64,000 bases of DNA, from IMG/VR virus record IMGVR_UViG_3300042554_001750; one strand, given 5' to 3'. The DNA comes from a virus. Lineage: Duplodnaviria > Caudoviricetes. The translations under genes were made by a program, and so were the position numbers. This document shows positions 47,786 to 56,611 of the stretch, in pieces. Under the pieces are notes generated by a model. That model searched no databases and was not told where the DNA came from. It saw only the letters and a list, made by a program, of their open reading frames with translations. Position 1 is the first letter of the stretch. Each line of letters begins with the position of its first letter.

Positions 47786-48844
47786 TCAACTAATTACGGC
47801 AAAGAAGGGCAGAGGAGCAATGATTTCATCATGATCCTTGATTTGTGCTTCTAAATTATAATGATAATCACTCAATTGCTGTAAAATTCTGACTACAAGA
47901 AGTGCGGCCATGACCAAATCGTCGGTATCCCCGATTTTAGCTGCATAGCTGCCACCATTAGCTATAAAGCTTTTAAGTTCACTAATCAATGATTTACTAT
48001 GAACCTTCATTTTTTTGCTTTCTAGCAATGTTTTAAATTTAGCACATGCAGCTAGTTTTACCTTTTGTGTAGTATTGAAACCTTTGCGCTTTTTACCGGG
48101 CTCGGACAAAAAGATGCCAGGAATGTTACTTTCACCGTATTCATTCAATGAAATTAGTGCGGCTTCACCTATACTATTATTTTCTATACTGTAATAAAGA
48201 CTGTTAGGTTCATTAGTGCATTCTACAATATATTTGTTGATATCTGCTATAAGTTTGATTTGACTAGGAATGTCAGTTTTATTATGCTTCCATTCTCCTA
48301 TTTGCGTAGTAGTATTTGCTTCAAATATTTGTATAGCTGATGGATCACCGCCGGTGCCCAAGCTTGGATCTAGCCCTACAACATATATATTACCTTTCTC
48401 GGGTTTCTTATACCATCGGATTTGACCCATTCTATGAATAGGCTCTACACCTTCTAATTGAATTAAAGTATTAGGATTGATTAATGTTTCATCTGCAATA
48501 ATAAATTCGCAATTGGAACATAGTATCCCGTTGGCATAGAATCTTCTATTAGTTCCAACATTCACAAGGTCATATACTATTTCAATAGCATTTTCCTTTA
48601 CTGATAATACCTTTTGCAAACCAGTTACTGTTCTGACCTGAATTCCTGGTGTAAGCTGTTCTGCTTTTAATTTTGTAAAAGAATCTGTAAATACCTCATG
48701 ATCAGGAGTCAGAGTTAATTGAGTATTTTCTAAATTTACTATTATAGTATGCATAGCTCCTTTGTTAACAAGACCTTCAAATGTCTGCCAACCGGTATCC
48801 GTCAACACTTCTAAACCTAATTTATTTTTTAGTAATTCTACCAT
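47786..48844 (-). CDS. terL: Terminase large subunit, C-terminal part (IntC + nuclease domain)
   Basis: After intein end CSN the sequence continues CEFIIADETLI...VVGLDPSLGTGGD...DTDDLVMA (RNase H-like gp17 nuclease). Confidence 0.92.
   Translation of the reverse strand: MVELLKNKLGLEVLTDTGWQTFEGLVNKGAMHTIIVNLENTQLTLTPDHEVFTDSFTKLKAEQLTPGIQVRTVTGLQKVLSVKENAIEIVYDLVNVGTNRRFYANGILCSNCEFIIADETLINPNTLIQLEGVEPIHRMGQIRWYKKPEKGNIYVVGLDPSLGTGGDPSAIQIFEANTTTQIGEWKHNKTDIPSQIKLIADINKYIVECTNEPNSLYYSIENNSIGEAALISLNEYGESNIPGIFLSEPGKKRKGFNTTQKVKLAACAKFKTLLESKKMKVHSKSLISELKSFIANGGSYAAKIGDTDDLVMAALLVVRILQQLSDYHYNLEAQIKDHDEIIAPLPFFAVIS
48512..48844 (-). mobile_element. Split intein C-fragment (IntC, 111 aa)
   Basis: Block B LTLTPDH, block F VYDLVNV..RRFYANG, terminal ILCSN followed by Cys+1. 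Confidence 0.9.
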
Positions 48845-49496
48845 ATACGAACCCCTCAGGTTGAGATCCTTCCCTAAATTGACGATTTTCTACTCCATTA
48901 TTAAACCACTTCAATCCTTTTCTTGATTGGTTGGTTATCAATCGTCCTGCGTTAAATCCAGCCGGTATAGTATCCCCATAAAATTCATTGACCCCATTGT
49001 TATACCATTTTTTACCCAGGTTTATGCCTACTCTGCCCTTTTGAGCAACGCTTATATTCTTACACCTAATAGGATCTTTTAAATAATTATAGTAGTTTGG
49101 GTTGAATCTTGCTTTGCGCTGAGATTCTCTCTCGTCATCTGACCATAATGTTCCTTTATTACGGCCACCGTGACCAGGTAATCTTAACCCCTTATTCCAC
49201 GGAATACTATTTGTAGTTCCTTCTCCGCCGTCAGTTCTATTTCTTAATATACCCGTACCTAAATCTTTTCTACCGTATAACTGTATCATTTGGCATTCTA
49301 ATGAAATAGCTTCTACTTCCGTAAGTCCCTGTTCTAATATAACAATGTTTTTATATAAAGGTCGTTTAATATTTTCATGTAATTGCCAGGCACGTTTATT
49401 TTTGCCTTTGCCAATGTAATAAGGTGTTCCATTTTCCCTCAGATATGCATAAACATAATATCCGTCAGGAATTTTGTGCGGTGAATAAATAGTCAT
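48822..49496 (-). CDS. Free-standing GIY-YIG homing endonuclease between terL halves
   Basis: YVYAYLRENGTPYYIGKGK, LRNRTDGGEG, WNKG and two KW(Y/F)NNG repeats. Confidence 0.85.
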   Translation of the reverse strand: MTIYSPHKIPDGYYVYAYLRENGTPYYIGKGKNKRAWQLHENIKRPLYKNIVILEQGLTEVEAISLECQMIQLYGRKDLGTGILRNRTDGGEGTTNSIPWNKGLRLPGHGGRNKGTLWSDDERESQRKARFNPNYYNYLKDPIRCKNISVAQKGRVGINLGKKWYNNGVNEFYGDTIPAGFNAGRLITNQSRKGLKWFNNGVENRQFREGSQPEGFVYGRITKK

Positions 49497-49564
49497 GCTG
49501 ATTGCTCCTCTATAGCGTTAGAGTAGTTGGGGATTGCCGTCCCGCGAACTACACTTTTATTTAT
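49497..49564 (-). promoter_or_regulatory. Late promoter, two hairpins and GAGGAG RBS for the endonuclease
   Basis: ATAAATA (49558-49564); stems GTAGTT..GGGA/TCCC..AACTAC and CTCTA/TAGAG, the latter overlapping the SD. Confidence 0.65.
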
Positions 49565-50480
49565 CACCATTTAGCATTTTCTCCAATTCTGCCATGGTAG
49601 CAGTAATAATATTACCGGATGAATCTCTAAGAGTCATTCTGGTACTTGGTGCAAAACAACCAATTTCTCGGTTAAATCTATCTTCACCCAACTGGGCTTT
49701 CATTTCATCAGCCCATTTCTGATCACGACCGGGCTGTTCATTCCAATAAGCCCGATATGATTTAAAGCCGTTAATTCCTAGTTCAGTTTCATTTCCATAC
49801 TCATCTAGTGTTTTGTTGGCACCTTTCCAAATCAATGCAAATTGATCTTCATCACTGTTTGGAGTACTTGTAATAATTGCTTTACCACCAGTAGATAAGG
49901 TAGGCGTGATAGAAGTCCAAAATAATTCAGCAATGGAAGGTCTAACGAATGCAAACTCGTCTAAGTATAGCAATGAAATAGACATACCACGACCTGTATT
50001 TTCTGTCGTGGTTGCTGACACGATTCTAGAACCATTCTCAAAATCGAGGGACCCTTTATTATAAGTAGTCACGCCTGCCTTAATATGATCGGGACAGTTT
50101 TCATATGCATAGCGAATACGCTGCATAATTTCCTGTGCGCCGGTGTACTTATGTGCCGCAATAAGAATTGTACTGTCTGGTACAAACATAGCATACCACA
50201 ATAGATATCCAGCTGCACTTGTTGACTTACCACTCTGTCGTGGCATCAATGAAATAGAATATCTATAATTGTGATATGTGTGAATTAACTTTTTTTGATA
50301 ATCCCATGGGTGATACAACATACTGCCCTTAGTAGGATGTTGAATATAAAAGAAGTTATCCATAAAATATAGATAACCGGTATCAGGATCACAACACTTG
50401 ATAAAGTCCTGTAGTTCTTTATCCGTCTTAAAGACAGTTTTGGTGTATGGATCCTTAACTAAGGAAGGTGCGTTACTCAT
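49557..50480 (-). CDS. terL: Terminase large subunit, N-terminal part (ATPase domain + IntN)
   Basis: Walker A PRQSGKST, Walker B LYLDEFAF, ITSTPN; ends REIG-CFAPST... Confidence 0.93.
   Translation of the reverse strand: MSNAPSLVKDPYTKTVFKTDKELQDFIKCCDPDTGYLYFMDNFFYIQHPTKGSMLYHPWDYQKKLIHTYHNYRYSISLMPRQSGKSTSAAGYLLWYAMFVPDSTILIAAHKYTGAQEIMQRIRYAYENCPDHIKAGVTTYNKGSLDFENGSRIVSATTTENTGRGMSISLLYLDEFAFVRPSIAELFWTSITPTLSTGGKAIITSTPNSDEDQFALIWKGANKTLDEYGNETELGINGFKSYRAYWNEQPGRDQKWADEMKAQLGEDRFNREIGCFAPSTRMTLRDSSGNIITATMAELEKMLNGDK
49560..49658 (-). mobile_element. Split intein N-fragment (IntN, 33 aa)
   Basis: CFAPSTRMTLRDSSGNIITATMAELEKMLNGDK matches intein block A (CF..xT.V....G....xEL). Confidence 0.88.
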
Positions 50481-50508
50481 AGTGAGTATTTATTTGGGCA
50501 TTAACCTA

Positions 50509-52350
50509 TTAAGTTAATTCTTGCCAACCTAGTTCAGCCAACACATCAGCGTTGTTTGCGGTAGCGGCAATCGCTAATGTAACAACATCACTGACGCCGG
50601 CTAAAGTTCTACCTAACTGAAACTGAAAATAATCCACAGCACTGAGTTGTGCAAGTTCTCTGCTGGCAGCGTAGCCTGACTGAATTTCTATTCCACCTGA
50701 TATAGCAGTAGCCGCTAAGTCAATGTCTACCGTGCCAGTGGGGCTAGTAGAAGCAAAAGTAGCACCAGTCAGTGTTGGATTCTGTAACAATACCCAACGA
50801 TAGTAGTTTACACTAGGACTCAGTACGTCAATCTGTCGGGGAAATACTATACTGTCCAATCTGCTGGAGTTTAATTTAATGCTAACAATAGGATAATAAG
50901 TGTTGGCGTTGGACAGACGTTTTGCTGTAGTACCTGTACCAGCGCTTTGAGTAGTACCAAAACTATTATAACCACCTTCACTAATAACAGTGCTACAAAT
51001 TTGTGTCATTTGACTAGCACCGGCAGTTGCACCCGTGTTAGTAATCTCATAACGAATCGGCAATGTAGCCGTAGTCATATACACTTTGGTATTGCCAGTT
51101 TGATTAGCGTGTTGGAATGTGTGGCATATAATATACTGCCCGTTAATGATAAATCCCACACGTACATTACCTACACCCAACCACTCAACATCAGCGTAAT
51201 AAATCTGTGTGCGATTTGGATATAATGTAATACCTGATGGATTGTTAGCACCACCTGCACCGTTCAATCTATCACCATTCCAAGCATCTTGTCTTACTCT
51301 TTCTTCTACACCAGTAGATGCTGAACGAATGACCATATAGTTATATGTGCCATCGTTTTCAAAGAATACACCATCATTAGCACCAAACAATCCCACACGC
51401 TGGCGTAGATTTGTTTTTGGTGTATTCATACAGAATGTAAGCAATGTTAGTTGGCTCTTACCTGGCTGATAAGGAAATACTTTCATTGTTTCTCTTATCA
51501 CACTATCGTTCACAGATGACCCCACATTGAGTTGAAAACTACTTTGGTTAGCTACATAAACAACATTTGCTATACCATTGATAGCACTACTAAACTGTTG
51601 ATGGTCGTAATAACGACTGTTGGTATCAAATAGTGTATAGGGATTGCTTACACGCAAACGACCAAATGCGTCACTTGTTGCTCCGCTAAATCCTGAAATA
51701 ATAACATTGGCATTACTGTCTAATGTTGCGTTGACATTACCTGACACTACCCAAGGACTAGTACCTTGCTGCACTGTTACATTACCACCAGTGATGTTAG
51801 CGTTGACATTGGGCATCGTGCCTATATTGACATTACCTGTAACACCAACATTACCACTTACTGGTAGAGTATTACCTGTTAGAACAACATTACCTAAACT
51901 TGTTACACCTACATTTCCTGACACACTGGCATTAACATTAGGCATAGTGCCGATATTAACATTACCTGTCACACCGACATTGCCGTCAATAGTAAGACTA
52001 CCGCCACCATCTACTACCGTAACATTACCTGTGATACCCGCAATATTTCCTGTAATACTACTAACTGCTACAGTACCTGTTACTATGGCATTGACATTAC
52101 CACCTGATATAGTAACATTGCTGTTGCCGTCTATACTGACCGGCATCCAAGGAACTGTTAATTCACCACTTGTTCCAATTTGTGAAACATGTGAGTCAAC
52201 ATTCCCAGGAATGTTGACGTTTCCATCAATAACAATATTGCCAGTAAACCCGGTTCTAACATACACATTACCTGAGGCTTCATCTAAGGCTAGTGCCTGG
52301 TTGATGTTTCGTAAGTACCAGGGACTTACATTGCTGGGATTTGGTTCCAT
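50509..52350 (-). CDS. Virion structural/fibre protein with GNV repeats and C-terminal lectin-like domain
   Basis: GNV/GNI triplet repeats followed by DAFGRLRVSNPYTLFD...YQPGKSQ; late promoter. Confidence 0.7.
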   Translation of the reverse strand: MEPNPSNVSPWYLRNINQALALDEASGNVYVRTGFTGNIVIDGNVNIPGNVDSHVSQIGTSGELTVPWMPVSIDGNSNVTISGGNVNAIVTGTVAVSSITGNIAGITGNVTVVDGGGSLTIDGNVGVTGNVNIGTMPNVNASVSGNVGVTSLGNVVLTGNTLPVSGNVGVTGNVNIGTMPNVNANITGGNVTVQQGTSPWVVSGNVNATLDSNANVIISGFSGATSDAFGRLRVSNPYTLFDTNSRYYDHQQFSSAINGIANVVYVANQSSFQLNVGSSVNDSVIRETMKVFPYQPGKSQLTLLTFCMNTPKTNLRQRVGLFGANDGVFFENDGTYNYMVIRSASTGVEERVRQDAWNGDRLNGAGGANNPSGITLYPNRTQIYYADVEWLGVGNVRVGFIINGQYIICHTFQHANQTGNTKVYMTTATLPIRYEITNTGATAGASQMTQICSTVISEGGYNSFGTTQSAGTGTTAKRLSNANTYYPIVSIKLNSSRLDSIVFPRQIDVLSPSVNYYRWVLLQNPTLTGATFASTSPTGTVDIDLAATAISGGIEIQSGYAASRELAQLSAVDYFQFQLGRTLAGVSDVVTLAIAATANNADVLAELGWQELT

Positions 52351-52353
52351 TTA

Positions 52354-52381
52354 ACTCTCACCTTGTTATGAGAGTATTTAT
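52354..52381 (-). promoter_or_regulatory. Late promoter with hairpin sequestering the SD
   Basis: ATAAATA-CTCTCA-TAACAAGG-TGAGAGT; the AAGGTGAG SD overlaps the 3' arm. Confidence 0.65.
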
Positions 52382-52384
52382 CGT

Positions 52385-53083
52385 TTATTTAATATCTAAT
52401 GGTCTTGCTTTAGTAGCAACAATACAGAAATATTTTTCTTTGACAGGAACGGGTTGACCGTCTTGACCCTGCATGTTTAAATCAAATTCTAAATTATTAA
52501 ACTGATTAATATCAAACCCGGTGCGCTGCAACAATGCTGCTAATTGCGTAGATCCTAATATGCTGTAATGATTTAAGTTGAACTCATGCTTTCTATCACA
52601 ATCGGGCTGGGGAACTTCAATATAAATCTTGCCACCTTGTTTAAGAATACGGTTGTATTCCATCAAACTAAAAATAGGATATGGGCTATGTTCTAATGCA
52701 TGACGCAAGAAAATAAAGTCCACGGATTCATCATAATATCCGTCTTTTTGAGGGATAAAACTTAAGTCATAGGTCTTAACAGTATGACCCTTACTTTGGC
52801 ATAATTCAATATCACCGGGACTTAGTGTGACTCCGGTCAGATCGGTATATCCACGACTTTTCATTTCGTCTAAGAAATAGCCCGGGCCACAACCTAAATC
52901 TAAGATTTTAGAATCTTTAGGTAAATTCAGAGGGTCTATGTAAGTTTGAACTACTTGAGTAGTTAAATCTTTGTGAAATTGACTGTCACCTTCATCGTAA
53001 ATGTGAGCGGTGTACAACCATTCATTATAAAACTTTAATTTGATTAGGTCCAAAGTCGTGTTTATGTCAATTAAGTTCTTCAT
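52385..53083 (-). CDS. Class I SAM-dependent methyltransferase
   Basis: ILDLGCGPG, VDFIFLRHALEH and RILKQGG. Confidence 0.9.
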   Translation of the reverse strand: MKNLIDINTTLDLIKLKFYNEWLYTAHIYDEGDSQFHKDLTTQVVQTYIDPLNLPKDSKILDLGCGPGYFLDEMKSRGYTDLTGVTLSPGDIELCQSKGHTVKTYDLSFIPQKDGYYDESVDFIFLRHALEHSPYPIFSLMEYNRILKQGGKIYIEVPQPDCDRKHEFNLNHYSILGSTQLAALLQRTGFDINQFNNLEFDLNMQGQDGQPVPVKEKYFCIVATKARPLDIK

Positions 53084-53129
53084 TAAAAATCCTATTTTAT
53101 GAATCTACTTATTCAACACAAGCACGCAA

Positions 53130-53513
53130 TTATTTTTTCTTATAGCCCTTAAATGGTTTTAATGTACTAGTTTTATTAGTTGTGGGGTGTTCTTGACTTC
53201 TCAAGTCCCCATTATTCAAGTCTTTAAATTCTGTTCCATTCGCAGCGTATGCCATTTTTAACATGTTGTTTTCTTCAACGGTATATGGAGCTGCTATGTC
53301 ATATCTGCCGGCCCAACTTTCATGATCCATGTCTGGTACAAATGTGCCATCTGTTGCGGCTGCAGCCATCATAATACGGTTTAATTCATATAACCTATCT
53401 GCTAATGTTTCGTCACGGAACTTATGCAGACCTTTAGTAGCATATCTTTGGTAATTTTTCAAATGCCCTGTTTTTTTGGACTCAGAAATAGTTATAAATT
53501 CTTGGGCTCTCAT
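53130..53513 (-). CDS. Probable internal head protein (paralog A)
   Basis: N-terminal MRAQEFIT; C-terminal STLKPFKGYKKK. Confidence 0.6.
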   Translation of the reverse strand: MRAQEFITISESKKTGHLKNYQRYATKGLHKFRDETLADRLYELNRIMMAAAATDGTFVPDMDHESWAGRYDIAAPYTVEENNMLKMAYAANGTEFKDLNNGDLRSQEHPTTNKTSTLKPFKGYKKK

Positions 53514-53905
53514 TTTCTTTTATATCCACTGAAAGGTTTTAATGTACTTTTGATGCCAGTGCCTACTGGTTCTTCGCTTTTTTCAGTAGTTACTAATTTT
53601 GCATCGCCAATGGGGATGTTCATTTGTCTAAGAGCATCATGTAAATATTTTTCTAAAGAATCAACTCCTGCGTATGATACAACTACTTCATTTTCTCCCC
53701 AAACGGTTGTAGTTGCATATTCAGGTACACTATCTTTTTTGCGTTGTTCAGCACCTTTGGCACCTGCTAAAGCAACACCAAATCTATATTGTTTATAGAA
53801 GTCATTATTTTGTAACGAACTGATAACCCAAGCAGCAGGTAAGGTTCTTTGAACCTCAGGTAAAATGCTACCCGTTGATTCGGTGACAAATTCTCTAGCT
53901 CTCAT
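53510..53905 (-). CDS. Probable internal head protein (paralog B)
   Basis: N-terminal MRAREFVTE; C-terminal STLKPFSGYKRK. Confidence 0.6.
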   Translation of the reverse strand: MRAREFVTESTGSILPEVQRTLPAAWVISSLQNNDFYKQYRFGVALAGAKGAEQRKKDSVPEYATTTVWGENEVVVSYAGVDSLEKYLHDALRQMNIPIGDAKLVTTEKSEEPVGTGIKSTLKPFSGYKRK

Positions 53906-54444
53906 TAGACATTCTCTGTAGCAATGTCTACCAGATTTTCAGTAGACATAACATTATTGGGAGCGTACCCGTCTAGTTGAATTAATAAACCCGGTTCAGG
54001 TATACCAACAAATGTTACTTCACTAGATATAAAATGAAACAATACCGCGTCACGCAATGGATTAACAAGAATTCTAACATTCCCACCTACTATGTCCATG
54101 TCATAACTAGTAATAGGAGTACCATCAAATGTTGTTGCATATCCTGTCCACTTGACATTGGTGTTAGCATTATTGATGCTAGCTTTTAGTGTAATGTTTT
54201 GAGAGTCAACTGTTCCAGGATCATTACTGCGAATATTGAATATACCCTGACTAAATGCATTTGCAGGGGTTTCAAAAATCACTTGGCCTGCAATATTTCC
54301 TATGGAATATGCATTTGATGTAGTTATTGTCGTAGCAAATAAGTTACTAAAATTGTTGTTGATTTTCTGGAAGGCAACTCGTAACGGGTCACCTGTACCG
54401 TCATTGGGTAATGTACCAACTAAAATAACTTCTTGTGCTGACAT
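53905..54444 (-). CDS. Baseplate/fibre adaptor protein with T4 gp9/gp10-like N-terminus
   Basis: PNDGTGDPLRVAFQKINNNF. Confidence 0.65.
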   Translation of the reverse strand: MSAQEVILVGTLPNDGTGDPLRVAFQKINNNFSNLFATTITTSNAYSIGNIAGQVIFETPANAFSQGIFNIRSNDPGTVDSQNITLKASINNANTNVKWTGYATTFDGTPITSYDMDIVGGNVRILVNPLRDAVLFHFISSEVTFVGIPEPGLLIQLDGYAPNNVMSTENLVDIATENV

Positions 54445-54473
54445 ATTAAAAATCCAAATTGATAATGTATTTA

Positions 54474-54734
54474 TCAGAATCCAAATATGTTTCGCTTAGG
54501 GGCTTCAATAGCCATTGGGCTATTTTTACACTTTTCTGCTAGACTTATGGCTCCAACTTTAGCACTATTGTCTGCATTTTTTGCAATTTCGCTGATAGCT
54601 GACCAACATGCAGTTTGGCTCATAGTGTTATCTTTGCTGATTGCTTTAGCTGCGTCATAATACAATTGATTGTGGTTTGTAGCACAACCAACTGAAAACA
54701 ATGAGGCCATAGATAAAATAATTAAATTTTTCAT
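54474..54734 (-). CDS. Small lipoprotein
   Basis: Signal peptide and lipobox SVGC; three further Cys. Confidence 0.7.
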   Translation of the reverse strand: MKNLIILSMASLFSVGCATNHNQLYYDAAKAISKDNTMSQTACWSAISEIAKNADNSAKVGAISLAEKCKNSPMAIEAPKRNIFGF

Positions 54735-54753
54735 AGTATTCCTTAATATACGA

Positions 54754-55029
54754 CTATTTTACGCTGTCAAAAATCTTTTTCTGTTCATTATACCATTCTT
54801 GCCAACCATCTACTTTATTAGAACATTGGTAATACAATGAATAGTTCTCAACAATCACTTTTAGCATATCAGTAATAGGAACTGAAGTTCCTTCAACAGT
54901 TTTTAAATCTTCACATTTTTTCATTAACTCAGGTACTGAATCGGGAAACTTCTGTACCACTGGAACTGTTGTTTTAAACATTGCACAGCCGGATAATAGA
55001 AAAACAGGAATAAGAATTAGTAACTTCAT
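54754..55029 (-). CDS. o-spanin (Rz1-like lipoprotein)
   Basis: Lipobox LSGC, Pro-containing region, two periplasmic Cys; coupled to the i-spanin. Confidence 0.75.
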   Translation of the reverse strand: MKLLILIPVFLLSGCAMFKTTVPVVQKFPDSVPELMKKCEDLKTVEGTSVPITDMLKVIVENYSLYYQCSNKVDGWQEWYNEQKKIFDSVK

Positions 55030-55523
55030 TTCTTATCCCCTTTATTCAATTTTGCTGCGTTATTATGTATGTCTAACAACTCTTTAGGCACGGGACAGTT
55101 TTCTACATACTTGATAACTTCTTCAACGCGAACTCTTTCAGGGCCCTCAACTGTTTGAAGGACTGTACGGTCTTTATATCTATCAACATACTTGATGATA
55201 GTCTCGCCCTTTTCTTTGATTACTTTCCCTTTGTCTGCAACTGACGCTTGCAGTTCTGTGTTTAGTCTTGCAGACTCAGCCTCAGCCTTTGCAACTTTGG
55301 CTTCCATTTCTTTGACTTTTAGTTCCCATTCTTTGTAGTCAGCCAGTCCCCCTTCAAGGTAAAGCCCTAATGAAAAAACTAAAATACTAATAATCTGAAC
55401 TGGTAATTTGTATTTACCGATCAAGGGAACAAATCCTAGTACGAAACCAGCGATTAGTCCCAATATGCCTATAGCAAAAATTAAGTGTATTATGAATTCA
55501 GGTAAAACAGAAAGTATAAACAT
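55026..55523 (-). CDS. i-spanin (Rz-like)
   Basis: N-terminal TM segments, long coiled coil, C-terminal CPVP. Confidence 0.7.
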   Translation of the reverse strand: MFILSVLPEFIIHLIFAIGILGLIAGFVLGFVPLIGKYKLPVQIISILVFSLGLYLEGGLADYKEWELKVKEMEAKVAKAEAESARLNTELQASVADKGKVIKEKGETIIKYVDRYKDRTVLQTVEGPERVRVEEVIKYVENCPVPKELLDIHNNAAKLNKGDKK

Positions 55524-55531
55524 ATCCTTAT

Positions 55532-56611
55532 TTATGCGTGTTTATAAAACTCTTTTACCTTATTAACAATGTATTCTACTTCATTGTCCGTCAATTCAGG
55601 ATAAATTGGTAAACTTAGTACACCGCGCATAAGCATAAAACTAGTGCTTAACATGTTGGGTTTTATTTTAATGTTAGATGCAATTTCTAGTTCTGCTAGG
55701 GTATAATCATAATGTATTTTGCTGTCTATACCCGATACTAATAAATGCGTATGCAAACTGTTTCTATGCTCAGGAGTGTAAATAACAAACTTTTGATTGC
55801 TATGCGGAATATCAAAATCGTCACTTAAACACTTAACATAATTACTCAATTCATTAACATAAAATTGTCGTATTTGTTCTCTACGGTGTTGCCAGCTATC
55901 TAAATATTTGGTTCTAACTAGTATTTGAGCACAATCTTGCTCACTCATTTTTGTGTTACTTCCAGCAAAATCAAAATTAGGTTTGCCATTATTTCTTTGT
56001 TTAACGGCGTAATTATAAAAATCTTGATCGTTAGTGACGATAGCCCCTCCATTACCAGTGCTAGGCAAATTTTTAGTTGGGTCAAAACTTATAGACATAG
56101 CTAAACCAATATTGCCATCCGCTACTAACCAATGCTGCGCACCATCAACAATAATGTTTTTACCGTCTGTAAATTCTAAATCATGCCACGGACTTCTACC
56201 ATACAAACCAACTAAACAATATGTTTCCGCTACTGTCATTGATTTCTCTGATAGAATGCCATATTTGTCAGTATCTCTTAGTTCTATATTAATATCCTTA
56301 CTGACAAAGGCATTTAATGTAGCTGGATAGCTTATATTTGGTAAGACCACTGGAGGTTCAAAATTGCCAAAATATAAGTGCTTAATTTTAATATATTCAG
56401 CAATAATTTCTAACGCTTGTGTGCCACTATGCACGGTAATGGCGTAATCACTGCCGGTTTTAAACCTAAGCCAATTCTCAAATTGTCTAGTAAAAGGCCC
56501 GTCTAGGAACTGACCAGATTGTAATACCTGATCAGTTGCATCTAGTAATTCATCCCTCAGTTGCTTGCTTTGTCTTTGAAGACCAAAATGGGCTATTGTT
56601 AAGCCAGTCAT
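55532..56611 (-). CDS. DegT/DnrJ/EryC1/StrS-family PLP aminotransferase
   Basis: SGTQAL, VDGAQ, SFDPTKNL (PLP lysine) and LSLPIYPEL. Confidence 0.9.
   Translation of the reverse strand: MTGLTIAHFGLQRQSKQLRDELLDATDQVLQSGQFLDGPFTRQFENWLRFKTGSDYAITVHSGTQALEIIAEYIKIKHLYFGNFEPPVVLPNISYPATLNAFVSKDINIELRDTDKYGILSEKSMTVAETYCLVGLYGRSPWHDLEFTDGKNIIVDGAQHWLVADGNIGLAMSISFDPTKNLPSTGNGGAIVTNDQDFYNYAVKQRNNGKPNFDFAGSNTKMSEQDCAQILVRTKYLDSWQHRREQIRQFYVNELSNYVKCLSDDFDIPHSNQKFVIYTPEHRNSLHTHLLVSGIDSKIHYDYTLAELEIASNIKIKPNMLSTSFMLMRGVLSLPIYPELTDNEVEYIVNKVKEFYKHA

Noticed and set aside
48845-49556. Group I intron in terL
   Set aside because: The intergenic space is only about 60 nt and no group I core elements were seen; both flanks carry intein motifs with their own stop and start, which favours protein trans-splicing.
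51644-52354. 236-aa plus-strand ORF
   Set aside because: Antisense shadow of the GNV-repeat fibre gene; the codon periodicity of the sense repeat removes antisense stops. The same applies to 7411..8649 and 5585..6365.
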